In this document: positions 20,447-31,659 of the stretch, one piece after another | Numbering within the stretch: the stretch's first letter is position 1 | Layout: each line of letters begins with the position of its first letter | NCBI GenBank assembly: GCA_038845975.1 | Contig: JAWBQF010000019.1 | Span: 1-49,272, forward strand | Direction: 5' to 3' | Origin: Candidatus Methanomethylicia archaeon | Lineage (GTDB): Archaea; Thermoproteota; Methanomethylicia; CALHIW01 | Length of the DNA: 49,272 nt | The notes under the pieces: model-generated | The model's input: the letters and a program-made list of their open reading frames with translations, nothing else | Database searches by the model: none | Told to the model about the DNA's origin: nothing | Program-made: the position numbers and the translations under genes

Positions 20447-22339
20447 ATATAAATATACTACAGCTATTGATAGAATTAGTAGAATTATAGCAATTACAGT
20501 AATTATTTGCTGAATACTTTCCCTACTTAAACTATTCTGTACTATAGTTAATGTTTTAGGATGTGGAGTTGATGTTTGGGGATTTGGTTCTCCAATATAC
20601 GTAACTATAGGTATTGAAGCTGTTGTATTAGTAGTTCTCGATATTATGAGAGCCGTTTTTGAGTATGTTGCTGAGAGTATGTAGTAGTATAGCTTCTCCG
20701 TATTGCTTACTGATGACTGGGCAAGTTCAAGATAGCTTAAAGATAAAACCGGATCTAGATCTGCTTCAATAGCATTTCCGATAGCATTATTTGCAATAGA
20801 TGATGAAGCATCAATAATTGCTTCAATACTACTTGTAAATGCTAAATGTATAGCTATTGTTGAATATGCTACTGATTCTATTGAGTATCCAATTGTTAAA
20901 TAGTAGTCTCTAGATATGAATGCTTGTTTTGCCTTATTATATATTTCAGAGGCTTTATTAACAATTTGAGAGGATTGTCCTATATCACTATATAGTGAGG
21001 AAACATAGCCTAAAACACTTTGAGCTTCATAGAGAAGTATTGATGAAGACTTCATCAAGGTGGTTAGATTAACAGACACTCCAGCTATATTAAATTCAAG
21101 CCAAGACCTAGCTGAAATAGCTCTCTGTCTTGAATATGCAAGATAATATAAACACCCGTCATACATATTTAATATAGCACCACTACTCATAGCGTTTAAA
21201 GCATTATTCAACATTTCTAATGCTTCAGCATATCTTATTTTAGCTCCAATATATGCTTCAATACATTTAATACTTGGAATCGTAGAGTTTAAAATAGATC
21301 CAATTTCAATTATGGTTTTATTTATATTACCTATTAAATCACTAATATATTTCTCCTTATTACTGGATTTAAGATATTCGTCAGCATACTTAACATAATA
21401 CATTATACATAAGGCTGAAAATGCCCGGCTAGCAGATACGTATGGAGAAGTATCAATCATACTTCTAGCTTCACTAGCTAGCTTTGAAGCTTCATTTACT
21501 GCATTTGAAAGCCTGGAATCATACTTGTAAGATATTAAACTATCATATTCTCCTAGAAGACTGATACTCCATGATTTAAGCTTCTCCCTAACCTCTACAG
21601 GCATGAATACAATATATTTCTTAGTTTTAAACTCATAGCCTGTAAGATATTTAAATACATCATATATTGTTAATGCTTCAACAACCTTAACTCCAAGCTT
21701 TTCACCCTCACCAACTAGATCTACCTTCTCCTTTACAGTTCGAATAATTCTAAGTGGACCTCTCTGTTCAACAATTGTTTTCTCAACATAATCTATGGAC
21801 TGTCCGTAGGGTACTATGAATACTTTATATCCCTTCTCAGCGGCTGCCTTCATCTTAGCATATAAACCTCCTACAGGACCAATAGTTCCATCAGGATTTA
21901 TCATACCCGTAAGCGTTACATTACTTCTAACAGTAACTTCTTGACCTTTAATATTTAACATAGCAACCATCATAGCTGCCGCTATCGCAGCACCAGCTGA
22001 GGGGCCACCTATAATTAATGATTCGGATTCAAGACTTACAAAGAAATCATATCTTAAGTACTCATCTCCAAGAACTGAGGAGGAAACTAAAGCAGCTATT
22101 CTAGCTGTTGCTTGTGTATCAAGCTCAGTTAGTGGAGTAGCACTAAAGTAGACTCTACCACTGCCAGGATAAGCTACTACAACATTTAATCTAGATAAAA
22201 CTCCTATCAACCCATTAGAAGTTTGAGATACTGCAGGAACATCTAGATTAACTTCTCTAACAATATCATACTTAAAAGCATTTACATGAATAGCTGAAAG
22301 TATAGTTATCAAAATAAGTACTATACATAGCTTCCTCAT
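20420..22339 (-). CDS. Archaeal S16 (Lon-like) serine protease, secreted and membrane-anchored
   Basis: Signal peptide, GGPSAGAA catalytic Ser, TGMINPDGTIGPVGGLYAK (Lys) and a C-terminal TM helix. Confidence 0.9.
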   Translation of the reverse strand: MRKLCIVLILITILSAIHVNAFKYDIVREVNLDVPAVSQTSNGLIGVLSRLNVVVAYPGSGRVYFSATPLTELDTQATARIAALVSSSVLGDEYLRYDFFVSLESESLIIGGPSAGAAIAAAMMVAMLNIKGQEVTVRSNVTLTGMINPDGTIGPVGGLYAKMKAAAEKGYKVFIVPYGQSIDYVEKTIVEQRGPLRIIRTVKEKVDLVGEGEKLGVKVVEALTIYDVFKYLTGYEFKTKKYIVFMPVEVREKLKSWSISLLGEYDSLISYKYDSRLSNAVNEASKLASEARSMIDTSPYVSASRAFSALCIMYYVKYADEYLKSSNKEKYISDLIGNINKTIIEIGSILNSTIPSIKCIEAYIGAKIRYAEALEMLNNALNAMSSGAILNMYDGCLYYLAYSRQRAISARSWLEFNIAGVSVNLTTLMKSSSILLYEAQSVLGYVSSLYSDIGQSSQIVNKASEIYNKAKQAFISRDYYLTIGYSIESVAYSTIAIHLAFTSSIEAIIDASSSIANNAIGNAIEADLDPVLSLSYLELAQSSVSNTEKLYYYILSATYSKTALIISRTTNTTASIPIVTYIGEPNPQTSTPHPKTLTIVQNSLSRESIQQIITVIAIILLILSIAVVYLYSRSKNTSK

Positions 22340-22479
22340 AAAATCTGAAGGTAGTACTAAAATTTAAACTTTTAGCACAGATAGTATATCTTCATGTATT
22401 ACTAAGAAATCAAAGCTTTAAACAACTAAAGTCTTATGCTGGCCTTAGTGGATGTGGTAACTTAAGATCACTTTCTAGA

Positions 22480-22990
22480 TGGTTGTAGTATAGATAATTT
22501 TATGAATAGGTTCTATTCAATTCCTCTCTTATCGTTTGGGATATTGCCCATTGTTGAGAATACTATTGTTCTTTGCTGAATGATAACGTATTATTCTATT
22601 ATTCTCTTGGTTTCCACATAATGTTTTAATACTTCACAAGAATTGTTAAATATCGCGATGTTCCTCATATGCTTTCATAGCCATCATCTCATTTCTATCA
22701 ACATCCATAACTACATAAACCTAGTAATTCTACCATTAACCCTAATCCCAGTATTATTTATAGCTCTACCAGGATTCTGATTAATACTTATCCTTCCCAA
22801 GCTTATCTACCTACTTACTAACAGTATTTAGAAACCTTATGAATCTCAAACTCTAGAAAACTCCCAAACTAGACATCTGAATATAGAAAGCTAACCAGAA
22901 TCTTAATCTAATAGTATTACTCTCTTAAAACTCCAAGATCTCTACTAAACTCCTAATGCTAACATGAACAATAAACAACAAATTCATATA
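22480..22990 (-). pseudogene. Heavily degraded IS6-family transposase remnant
   Basis: Minus strand gives AINNTGIRVNG / VYVVMDVDRNEMMAMKAY across frameshifts. No intact TIR seen; boundaries are approximate. Confidence 0.5.
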
Positions 22991-23353
22991 GCTTATTGAG
23001 TTGCTAGGTCCGTTTTAGTAGCATATGTATGATGAATTATTTCCAAATGCTTCTACCTCACTATATAAGATCAGTAAACTCTTAATACCTTAAGTTTATG
23101 TTGAAAATGTCTAGGTAAACATCATTAAAATACTTTATGAAAAGTAGAATTAAACTCCATTATATATTATGGATTGAATAGTGTATGTTAGGTCTATTCT
23201 GAATCTATTATGAATTAAGTATTAAGAATTACTGTTAAAGCTTATGTTTATGGATTTCACTTATAAATGTGGTAGCTTAACATATTATAGCTTTCTTCTT
23301 AGTCGCTAAACCTTACTTATAGATTGTAGGAATAGAATGCTAATAGATGAAGT

Positions 23354-24250
23354 TTAGGGATATGAGTATTTAATAGTGAAGGAACCTGTTTCAACATTAC
23401 TATCATTAACGATGTGGTGGAAGCTATATCCTCTTCTTGAAACTGAGGCTAAACTATTCAAACCCATATACTTTATATGGTATAGAATATCACTAAATCT
23501 TATTTCAAGTATATGGATATAAACATGATATAGATTATTATCTATCCTGCTTACAGAGGCTTTTAGCACTACATCGAATCCAAAGTATTTATTCTTTAAA
23601 TTGTTTTCTGAAAAGCTTTTAAGAAAAATAAGTATTTTACTTGATAACATATTTATGGAAGTATTTGTTAAAATATAGGATTTAATAGTACTGCTTAATT
23701 GTTCATTAAACTTATTAAGAAGTGAAATTAATGAATACATTCTCGCTGGATGAATAGCTTTCAAATTAAAAGAATGATTAATAGTGAAGTTATCCTTTAT
23801 AATTATTACTTCTAGCTTTAAATTATAGTTTATTGCACCAGTTAATATGTTGGAATATGTATTTAGTGATGAAGTTAAAATAGGATCAAGATCACCTCCA
23901 ATATATTCATTTAAAACCACATCAGTTACATAAACATTAACATGTAAACTCCCTGGAAAATAGCTTTTAACAATACTAATAACATCATCATTAATCTTTA
24001 TGACTCCAGGTACTTCATTAATTTCACTTAATGTAAGCTTTAACACAACATCTCTTTCAATCATCCAGAAAACCTCTTCATTTAATGTAAACAGAGAAAT
24101 GTAGCATTCATCATCAAGAAATCTTAAAAACCACCCTTCATACACACTATTAACCTCATATTTAACATTATTTATAACACTAACATAGAAGAGAAGAGAT
24201 ACTACTAAGAGAGAGGTTGTACATACAGATATTAAAGCTTTACGATTCAT
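23354..24250 (-). CDS. Hypothetical exported protein, pilin-like N-terminus
   Basis: MNRKA followed by a hydrophobic stretch. Last gene of a four-gene coupled cassette. Confidence 0.6.
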   Translation of the reverse strand: MNRKALISVCTTSLLVVSLLFYVSVINNVKYEVNSVYEGWFLRFLDDECYISLFTLNEEVFWMIERDVVLKLTLSEINEVPGVIKINDDVISIVKSYFPGSLHVNVYVTDVVLNEYIGGDLDPILTSSLNTYSNILTGAINYNLKLEVIIIKDNFTINHSFNLKAIHPARMYSLISLLNKFNEQLSSTIKSYILTNTSINMLSSKILIFLKSFSENNLKNKYFGFDVVLKASVSRIDNNLYHVYIHILEIRFSDILYHIKYMGLNSLASVSRRGYSFHHIVNDSNVETGSFTIKYSYP

Positions 24251-24662
24251 AACTAACGGTAACCACCAATTTCAATACACCACGAGAAGTAGTAAGTAGA
24301 GTATAGGCAGCTCCATAGGTTCTAGATTTAAATCCGTAATTAGCAATAGAATCATTGTTTAAATACAGTTCAATTCTACATTTATACTGTTTAGGACATA
24401 TTGAAGCAATACTGTTTAAAACTGTACTCAATGAATCTATTGAGTTAAGCTCAATAAGCTCAGAAACTCTATGTATATATCCCTTTGAGTAGGAGATAAG
24501 AATCATTTTACGGGCAACTTCATTTAAAAACTGTTTAAACTCGTAGCTTCTTAACTCCTCCTGAACCCTACATAAATTCTGCATATTAGCAATCAGTATT
24601 AGAATTGTTACTAGAGCTAATACTACAGCTATTGTTGAATCCCATGAGGATATTGAAGACAA
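24240..24662 (-). CDS. Hypothetical small protein with N-terminal TM helix (pilin-like)
   Basis: SWDSTIAVVLALVTILILIA. Abuts or overlaps both neighbours. Confidence 0.6.
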   Translation of the reverse strand: MSSISSWDSTIAVVLALVTILILIANMQNLCRVQEELRSYEFKQFLNEVARKMILISYSKGYIHRVSELIELNSIDSLSTVLNSIASICPKQYKCRIELYLNNDSIANYGFKSRTYGAAYTLLTTSRGVLKLVVTVSYES

Positions 24663-24968
24663 CTAATCACCTAAACCAATAATTACGATATCTAAACCAC
24701 TACTTGAAAATTTAAGCATAGGAACTGTAAAGTTACTATGAGTATTATTCATGAAGTCTGTAAGAATAAAGTTATACCTATTAGAAGATGTAAGAAATCT
24801 GCTTGAGGAGTATGTTTTTAGAAGCTTATCAAGTATTGTACTACTTGAAATCAATGCTTTAACTTCATTATTTATAATTGCTTTAGCTCCTATGTAGACT
24901 CCGAGAACAATCATAAATAGAATAACTGTTAATGTTAGGCTTAAAATATCGCCACGACTATTCATCAT
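24663..24968 (-). CDS. Hypothetical small protein with class III-like signal peptide
   Basis: MMNSRG|DILSLTLTVILFMIVLGV. Confidence 0.6.
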   Translation of the reverse strand: MMNSRGDILSLTLTVILFMIVLGVYIGAKAIINNEVKALISSSTILDKLLKTYSSSRFLTSSNRYNFILTDFMNNTHSNFTVPMLKFSSSGLDIVIIGLGD

Positions 24969-25336
24969 AATACCTCCTTGAAGGCTATAGCTTCACCATT
25001 AAGATAGATAATGTAACTTTTACCGCCGATTAGTACTGTATTGACTAATGGAAGCAGATATGAAATGTTTTCAGTATAATTCCTATAGCTAATATAAATA
25101 CCTTCACCAGTTACATTGATTAAAAATCCTGGTTCAAGATTGAAAACAGTTTTTAAACCTTCTAGACAATATACATTTAATACAGTTCTAGTAAATTTAC
25201 TAGCTACATCTCTAACCTTTAAAGCATCTATCGAGTACGTTGTAAACATGTTTAACGTGTAGGTTAATGTAGCAATTAAGGATCCAATAGCAATCCATAC
25301 TATAAGCTCAAAGCTAAACTCAACTATACGATTCAT
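24965..25336 (-). CDS. Hypothetical small protein with N-terminal TM helix (pilin-like)
   Basis: MNRIVEFSFELIVWIAIGSLIA. ATGA overlap with the next gene. Confidence 0.6.
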   Translation of the reverse strand: MNRIVEFSFELIVWIAIGSLIATLTYTLNMFTTYSIDALKVRDVASKFTRTVLNVYCLEGLKTVFNLEPGFLINVTGEGIYISYRNYTENISYLLPLVNTVLIGGKSYIIYLNGEAIAFKEVL

Positions 25337-25391
25337 ATTCTCTAATAGTTAAGTCTTTAAAATAATATTTTAAGATAAAAAATATATTGAT

Positions 25392-26012
25392 TTAAATTAT
25401 CCTACTTAAAGCCTTTTTTAGAAAGTATTCATGTAGTCTTAGATCACTTGTAAGTTCGGGATGGAAAACAGATGCTAACATATTATTCTGCTGAGCTAAA
25501 ACAATTTTATCTTCAAGTTTAGCTAGAACCTCAACATCACTACTTAAAACAGCTTCAATTACAGGTGCTCTAATAAATACTGCATGGAATGGTTCCCTAC
25601 CTATTCTTGGTATGACTATATCGACTTCAAAAGATTCTCTTTGACGTCCAAAAGCATTTCTTAAAACCTTAATATCCATAACGCCAAGAATTGGCTGATT
25701 TGTTACACCAATTTTTGCATCATGAACCTCCCTAGCAAGCATTACTACACCGGCACAAGTTCCGAAAACAGGTAATCCATTTAGAATAGCGATTCTTAAG
25801 CTACTTAGTAGCCCAGATTTCTCTGCTAAGCGACCTATAACTGTTGATTCACCACCTGGAATAATTATACCGTTTATGGATTTTATATCACTAGCCTTCT
25901 TAACGATTAAGACTTCACTCTCAACCTTAATGTTTTCCAAAGCTCTACTTACAGCTTCAACATGTTCAGTAACAGAGCCTTGAAATCCTAAAACACCAAT
26001 TCTAGCCTTCAA
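25392..26012 (-). CDS. pdxT: PLP synthase glutaminase subunit
   Basis: GFQGSVTEH, IPGGEST, GTCAG, RNAFGRQRESF, FIRAP and FHPEL. Confidence 0.97.
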   Translation of the reverse strand: MKARIGVLGFQGSVTEHVEAVSRALENIKVESEVLIVKKASDIKSINGIIIPGGESTVIGRLAEKSGLLSSLRIAILNGLPVFGTCAGVVMLAREVHDAKIGVTNQPILGVMDIKVLRNAFGRQRESFEVDIVIPRIGREPFHAVFIRAPVIEAVLSSDVEVLAKLEDKIVLAQQNNMLASVFHPELTSDLRLHEYFLKKALSRII

Positions 26013-26023
26013 TATTTCAGCCT

Positions 26024-26950
26024 CTACACACCTCTAAGCTGCATTAATTGTTCAGATTTTAGAGCTCTTATATCAATACCACGCATACTCTTAACTTCAC
26101 TACATATTCTACATGCCTCAGCAACAATTTCAACATCATCCCAGTATGCAGTTGCCAAAACTATTGCTTCAGCTCTCTGCTCAGGATCTGCTGACTTAAA
26201 TATTCCTGAACCTACAAAAACACCATCACATCCAAGCCACATCATCAGTGCAGCATCTGCAGGTGTAGCAATACCTCCAGCTGCGAAATTAACTACTGGA
26301 AGACGTCCAAGTCTAGCTGTCTCCCTAACAAGTTCAAGCGGAACCTTAAACTCCCTGGAAACATCTAAAAGCTGTTCATCACTCATTGCTTTAAGCTTTC
26401 TTATCTCACCCATAACAGCTTTAACATGCTTAACTGCTTCAGCAACATTACCAGTACCAGCTTCACCCTTAGTACGTATCATAGATGCCCCCTCATAGAT
26501 TCTCCTTAAAGCCTCTCCAAGATCTCTACATCCATTAACAAATGGAACCTTAAACTCCCATTTATTAATATGATGATGCTCATCTGCAGGAGTTAAAACC
26601 TCACTTTCATCAATCATATCGACACCAATAGCTTCAAGAATCTTAGCCTCCATATAGTGTCCAATCCTACACTTAGCCATTACAGGTATTGTTACATGAT
26701 CCATAACATCCTCAATAACTTTAACATCACACATTCTAGCAACACCGCCAGCAGCTCTAACATCAGCTGGAAGCTTATCAAGAACCATAACAGCAACAGC
26801 ACCAGCATCCTCAGCTATTTGAGCCTGTTCAACACTGGTGACATCCATTATAACACCACCCTTCTGCATTTGAGCAAAACCACGTTTAACAGTAATAGTG
26901 CCCTTAACATAAGAGTTGGCAATACTATAGATGGATTTCAGTTCAGACAT
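26024..26950 (-). CDS. pdxS: PLP synthase lyase subunit
   Basis: [41 protein letters not shown] and [14 protein letters not shown] at 26950 is preceded by the SD AGGTGA. Confidence 0.97.
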   Translation of the reverse strand: MSELKSIYSIANSYVKGTITVKRGFAQMQKGGVIMDVTSVEQAQIAEDAGAVAVMVLDKLPADVRAAGGVARMCDVKVIEDVMDHVTIPVMAKCRIGHYMEAKILEAIGVDMIDESEVLTPADEHHHINKWEFKVPFVNGCRDLGEALRRIYEGASMIRTKGEAGTGNVAEAVKHVKAVMGEIRKLKAMSDEQLLDVSREFKVPLELVRETARLGRLPVVNFAAGGIATPADAALMMWLGCDGVFVGSGIFKSADPEQRAEAIVLATAYWDDVEIVAEACRICSEVKSMRGIDIRALKSEQLMQLRGV

Positions 26951-26973
26951 TAACTTCACCTATTAAAGTTTAA

Positions 26974-27013
26974 ACTTGTATACTAGAGACTACTTGTATA
27001 CTTACATATAAAT
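26974..27013 (-). promoter_or_regulatory. pdxST promoter: TATA box plus two ACTTGTATAC operator-like sites
   Basis: ACTTGTATACTAG (26974-26986) and ACTTGTATAC (26992-27001). Minus-strand TTTATAT at 27013-27007. Confidence 0.65.
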
Positions 27014-27030
27014 CTTATCCCAACTAGATG

Positions 27031-27753
27031 GGCTTTGTTAACTTTAGATTTATTTGGGAGTTCTCTCCCTTGTTTACGGTGAATCTATGGTTAAAGTTGT
27101 TAAGTTTGTTAGGTAGAGAACTCCATTTACTTTAGTTGTTATGTTGCTTATATATGTTTTCGTTCTTCTAGGATGGCTTCGGATATTTAGTTTTATTGTT
27201 TTAGGTTATGTATCTATATTATTGTGGTTTATCTTAAGCTTCTATTGATTTTGATAGGAGGGATGTTAGGATTTATGTTGATGATACTATTATAAGTGTA
27301 GGTTCTAAGAGTAAGGTTATTTATGTTGTGTTTGAGCCATTATTAAGAAGGATTCTATATGTATGGGTTTGCGATGTTGCAAACATAATTACATCACTAA
27401 AATTCCTTAAAAAGGTTAAAACTACCTATGGTTCTAATATAATTGTATTAAGTGATGGAGCTCATTATTATAAAGCATCATGTAGAATATTAAAATTAAA
27501 ACATGAATTGTATGGTTTAGAGGTTAGAAATCTAATGGAGAGAATAATACAGTATATTAAGGATAGAACTAGATTATTCGATAACTATATACCGTGCATG
27601 AAAAATAAATGCGATAATGAGCATGCATTAATGCTTATGAAGTCAATAGCATACATACTAAACAAACATGGATAAGGAAAATAAAAGCTAAGAATTCATA
27701 GAAGATACAATACCAAAATAGAGGTGATAAAACATGCTTAAGTTAACAAAGCC
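27031..27753 (+). mobile_element. Full-length but degenerate IS6-family element, 723 bp
   Basis: TIR GGCTTTGTTAACTT at both ends and 8-bp TSD ACTAGATG (27023-27030 / 27754-27761). Transposase remnant IYVDDT..., SDGAHYY and RNLMERIIQYIKDRT, with the 5' part broken by stops and frameshifts. Confidence 0.92.
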
Positions 27754-28553
27754 ACTAGATGTAACGTAGTAACTTAAGTTCACCTTTAGATGATTGTAGA
27801 TGAAATGTTATTGTTAAAAGTATAGTTATACTGAATGATGAGTATTCACTATAATTCTCTTACTGAAAGTTTTAATGTATAATGTTTAAGTTATCAAAAG
27901 TTTAGAAAGCTATGATGTACTATCAATAAGAATACTGATTCCCATCACAATACTTTAAACCCCATCGAGAATTCTGATACCATAATATTCCTCATAGAAT
28001 AGGATTTTAACTATCTAATCTATCAATATCTAAGCATAAGCCAACAATCATACCGTTATTCCATACCATATAGAATTCATCCATATTCTTCGATCTCCTA
28101 TGAAAACACAATATATTTTAGAGGTTATCTTCATAAACACTAATATTTAAACAAAGTCTACTATATGAGTTTAAGGCTACAAATAGTATATTAATTCTAA
28201 CTTAGCTACTGAGCCTACTCCTCTTAATGTTACAATGTTACTATTCCAATATTTTCTTAGATTCATCAATAATAATATTTTACTGGTCTCTATTAACTCT
28301 CTAATTTCTAAATTTACTCCACCTATCAAATTCAGCCTTACAATACTCTAAACCTAATTAAACTATCAACAACTCCTAAATAGTATTTACTTTTCAACTT
28401 TAAATATTACACAGTAACCTTAATAGCTTAACATTAGAATCATATTCTTAACCCTGGAATACACTCTACATAGTATATCACTAAATTCACAGTAGAATAT
28501 ATAAAAGGGTAGAGAACTACTTAGAATATTAGGACATAATATCAGTTACAACA

Positions 28554-29246
28554 TTAAAGATATTTAGGATTGCATAGTGTAACCTCTAATATTCTAAATA
28601 TTCCATGATTTCCATACCATTCCCTCTTACCATTAACTATTTGAATGCTCTTCTTAAACATTGGAGCATCAATACAGAATGTTTCAAATTCCCCACCTTC
28701 ACCACAAGGATTAATACCATATTTTAAACTTAGATTTTTTATTTCATTAATACATTTATCATCTATAACTCTACCAAGCCACTTCTCATTAAACCCAAAT
28801 GCAAAAACACCTGTAATTATGCTTTTAATACCGTTTTTCAATTCATCACTTAACACTTTATCAGGTTCCATCCCCCATAACGGAGTTATAGACTTCAAAT
28901 TCAGCTCTCTACATATATTATCAATTCTAGTTTTCTGGTAGTTTGAGCTTATAGCTCCAGATATAACTGCTTCAACACCATATTTTCTCCAAGCATGTCT
29001 TAATGCAAGCCTTAAATCTTTAAGTTCAAATTCCTTAACACCGTAAGTAAATCTACGAATAATAGGTTTACCCATAAGATATGCTTGTAAAGGTACCCAG
29101 TCAATATTTGGATAATGAAACATGTAGGATTCACTAGATAATGGAGATACCACTACAAGACATGATAAATCGAAACCATCTCTTAATCCAATATATATAG
29201 CATATGCTGAATCTTTACCTCCAGAAAATAGAGCTGCACACCTCAT
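28554..29246 (-). CDS. dph6: Diphthine--ammonia ligase
   Basis: LFSGGKDS, SYMFH, GAISSNYQ, PLW and GEGGEFET. Confidence 0.9.
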   Translation of the reverse strand: MRCAALFSGGKDSAYAIYIGLRDGFDLSCLVVVSPLSSESYMFHYPNIDWVPLQAYLMGKPIIRRFTYGVKEFELKDLRLALRHAWRKYGVEAVISGAISSNYQKTRIDNICRELNLKSITPLWGMEPDKVLSDELKNGIKSIITGVFAFGFNEKWLGRVIDDKCINEIKNLSLKYGINPCGEGGEFETFCIDAPMFKKSIQIVNGKREWYGNHGIFRILEVTLCNPKYL

Positions 29247-29489
29247 AACTATTCTTAACCAAACCAGTAGATAAAAGCTACTACTTACGTTTCGGTTAAA
29301 CTCAAAGTCTCTATCTGGGAGAAACTAAGACTCTAACATTTATACATTAACAGTATTACTAATTTCTAATAGCTTAGATGGTATGACTGCAAGTTTAAAA
29401 TATTATTACTTCATCTAGGTCTGCATGACCATAGTATACTGAAAAACTTATATTAAGTAATACTATTTATAACGTAGTTAGTGTCTACT

Positions 29490-30116
29490 ATGAGTAGTAA
29501 ATACGTAGAAATGGAGGAGGTAATTAGAGAGATAGTAAATTGCCGTAAATGTGAATTATGGAGAGCTAGAAATAATCCTGTTCCAGGTGAGGGAAGCTTA
29601 AATGCTGAGGTAATGTTTATTGGTGAAGCCCCGGGATACAATGAAGATATTCAGGGAAGACCATTTGTAGGGGCAGCTGGAAAACTACTTGATACATTAA
29701 TAAGTGAATTCTTAAATCTTACAAGGAGTAATGTATACATAGCTAATGTATTGAAATGTAGACCACCGGGAAATAGAGATCCTCTTCCAGAGGAGGTTGA
29801 ATTATGTACGCCATACTTAGATAGACAGCTACTTATAATAAGACCTAAAGTAATAGTTACTCTAGGAAGACATTCAACAATATATTTAATGCAGAAAGCA
29901 GGAATAAAAGTAGGGGAAATATCGTCGGTTAGAGGTAGACTTTATAGGGTTAATATTTTAGGGTTAAGTATTAATTTAATACCAACATTTCATCCTGCAG
30001 CAGCATTATACAATCCTAAACTTAGAGGAATACTTGAGGAGGATTTTAGAAGGATAAGAGATGCTCTTCAAGTAAGAGGAGTGAAACAACTAGGTATTGA
30101 GGAGTTTCTTAGCTAA
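29490..30116 (+). CDS. udg: Family 4 uracil-DNA glycosylase
   Basis: CRKCEL, GEAPG, GRPFVG, KCRPPGNR and FHPAA. Confidence 0.95.
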   Translation: MSSKYVEMEEVIREIVNCRKCELWRARNNPVPGEGSLNAEVMFIGEAPGYNEDIQGRPFVGAAGKLLDTLISEFLNLTRSNVYIANVLKCRPPGNRDPLPEEVELCTPYLDRQLLIIRPKVIVTLGRHSTIYLMQKAGIKVGEISSVRGRLYRVNILGLSINLIPTFHPAAALYNPKLRGILEEDFRRIRDALQVRGVKQLGIEEFLS

Positions 30117-31429
30117 CTACTAATATTTAGAATTCTAGGAATAATCATTGGCATTAAAATCATTACAACTACTACTAGTGTAATAAAGTATGCTGCCTTT
30201 AACGCAATAATACTTCTCTCCTCAATAGACTTCTTTGAAGATATTTTCCCAAGAATAACCTCAATAGTTTCCTTAACGATTAAACCTCCATCAAGAGGAA
30301 CTATAGGTAAAACATTTGTTAATCCAATCATTAAGTTTAACCAGAAAATCCAGTAAGCAGTATTTAGTAGAGGCCAGAAAATATTTGATGGAATGGGGGT
30401 ACTGTAGAATTCAGGATATGGAGGCTGGATTACTGCTAGCCCTATAAATGGTAGTCTTAAAAGCTCAAGAAAGGATTCTGGAAGAGTACTAAATGGATTA
30501 GCTAGAGAGTATATTATGCTAATCCACCTATTAGCAACACCTAGAAATGGCTTATCTCTATCGCTTTCAACTCCTGTATATTTAAATCTCTCATCAAGTG
30601 TTATATTTAAAATAATCTCAGCTGTACTATTACGAACAAGTAGCTTAACAGTATCGTTAGGCTTAAACCTAGACATTAACTGGAAGAATTCATCCCAGCT
30701 CTTCACGTAATCACTATTAACAGCTACAATCACCATACCGGGTCTAATACCAGCATTATATGCTGGTGAATCCCTAAAAACAGTATCTACAGCAACCCCT
30801 ATAGGAGCAAAGCTAACCATAGATATTGAAGAGGTAAAGATAAGAAGAAATATTAGTGAAGACATTATATTTACTGCTGGTCCCGAAACATAGACTCTAA
30901 CTCTACTAAGTCTTGAAGTCTTCTTTAACTCCTCATCATCAGGCTCAACAAAAGCACCTAGTGGAACAATAAGGAAGAGAATTCCCATAGACTTAATTCT
31001 TATATTACCAACTCTTGAAGCAATTCCATGACTGAATTCATGGAAGAATACAGAGAAGATAAGCCCTACAATACCATACCATAATGGTATGAATGGATTA
31101 ACACCTGGAATACCGATTAGCATTTGAGGTGTTGGAGCAGCGCTTGCAGGAATTCTAAAGCTAGCAATAGCGCTATTAATTATAAGCCATAATGCAATAA
31201 TGAATGATAAAATATAGATAGCTATAAAAATATTCATAGCTATAATCCATGGAAACTTATACCTTGATATTCTATCTATTATCTGATTTCCCCTACTTGT
31301 TTTCAACATTATAAAGGGGCCGTAGAAAGATACATTTCTACACTTACTAAGAAGCTTTTTATAACTAGCAATACTTACCAGTATAGTATATATAATTATT
31401 AGAGTCAGTACAAGCGTTAACAAATCCAT
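30113..31429 (-). CDS. Site-2 protease (M50) with PDZ domain
   Basis: HEFSH, GAFVEP, DSPAYNAGIRPG (PDZ) and NVLPIVPLDGG. Confidence 0.93.
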   Translation of the reverse strand: MDLLTLVLTLIIIYTILVSIASYKKLLSKCRNVSFYGPFIMLKTSRGNQIIDRISRYKFPWIIAMNIFIAIYILSFIIALWLIINSAIASFRIPASAAPTPQMLIGIPGVNPFIPLWYGIVGLIFSVFFHEFSHGIASRVGNIRIKSMGILFLIVPLGAFVEPDDEELKKTSRLSRVRVYVSGPAVNIMSSLIFLLIFTSSISMVSFAPIGVAVDTVFRDSPAYNAGIRPGMVIVAVNSDYVKSWDEFFQLMSRFKPNDTVKLLVRNSTAEIILNITLDERFKYTGVESDRDKPFLGVANRWISIIYSLANPFSTLPESFLELLRLPFIGLAVIQPPYPEFYSTPIPSNIFWPLLNTAYWIFWLNLMIGLTNVLPIVPLDGGLIVKETIEVILGKISSKKSIEERSIIALKAAYFITLVVVVMILMPMIIPRILNISS

Positions 31430-31659
31430 TCAGCCATTCACTTAGCAATCTAGAGAAGCACACTATTAAACTTTATGGTTAGCATGATGTAGTCTATCGA
31501 CTTTAAATGTTAAGTATTGTGTTTCTACTTATACTATAGGTATGTTCATTGTCATGGTTTCTTGTAAAGGTAAGAAAACCATTCATATTTTATGTTATAC
31601 TCTTTACTAACTTCTATTAAATGTAGCTTCAAGTAAATTTAGCTATTAACTGTAGAGAC

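Noticed and set aside
27328-27675. 115-aa ORF as a functional transposase
   Set aside because: It is only the C-terminal part. The HTH region upstream is disrupted by stops and frameshifts.
27800-27866. CTGA-ATGATGA...CTGA as a C/D sRNA
   Set aside because: The guide segments are too long and very AT-rich, there is no terminal stem, and it lies in eroded DNA.
27780-28420. Possible decayed transposase or IS in the long intergenic gap
   Set aside because: Composition is suggestive, but no convincing motif or TIR pair could be read, so it is not annotated.
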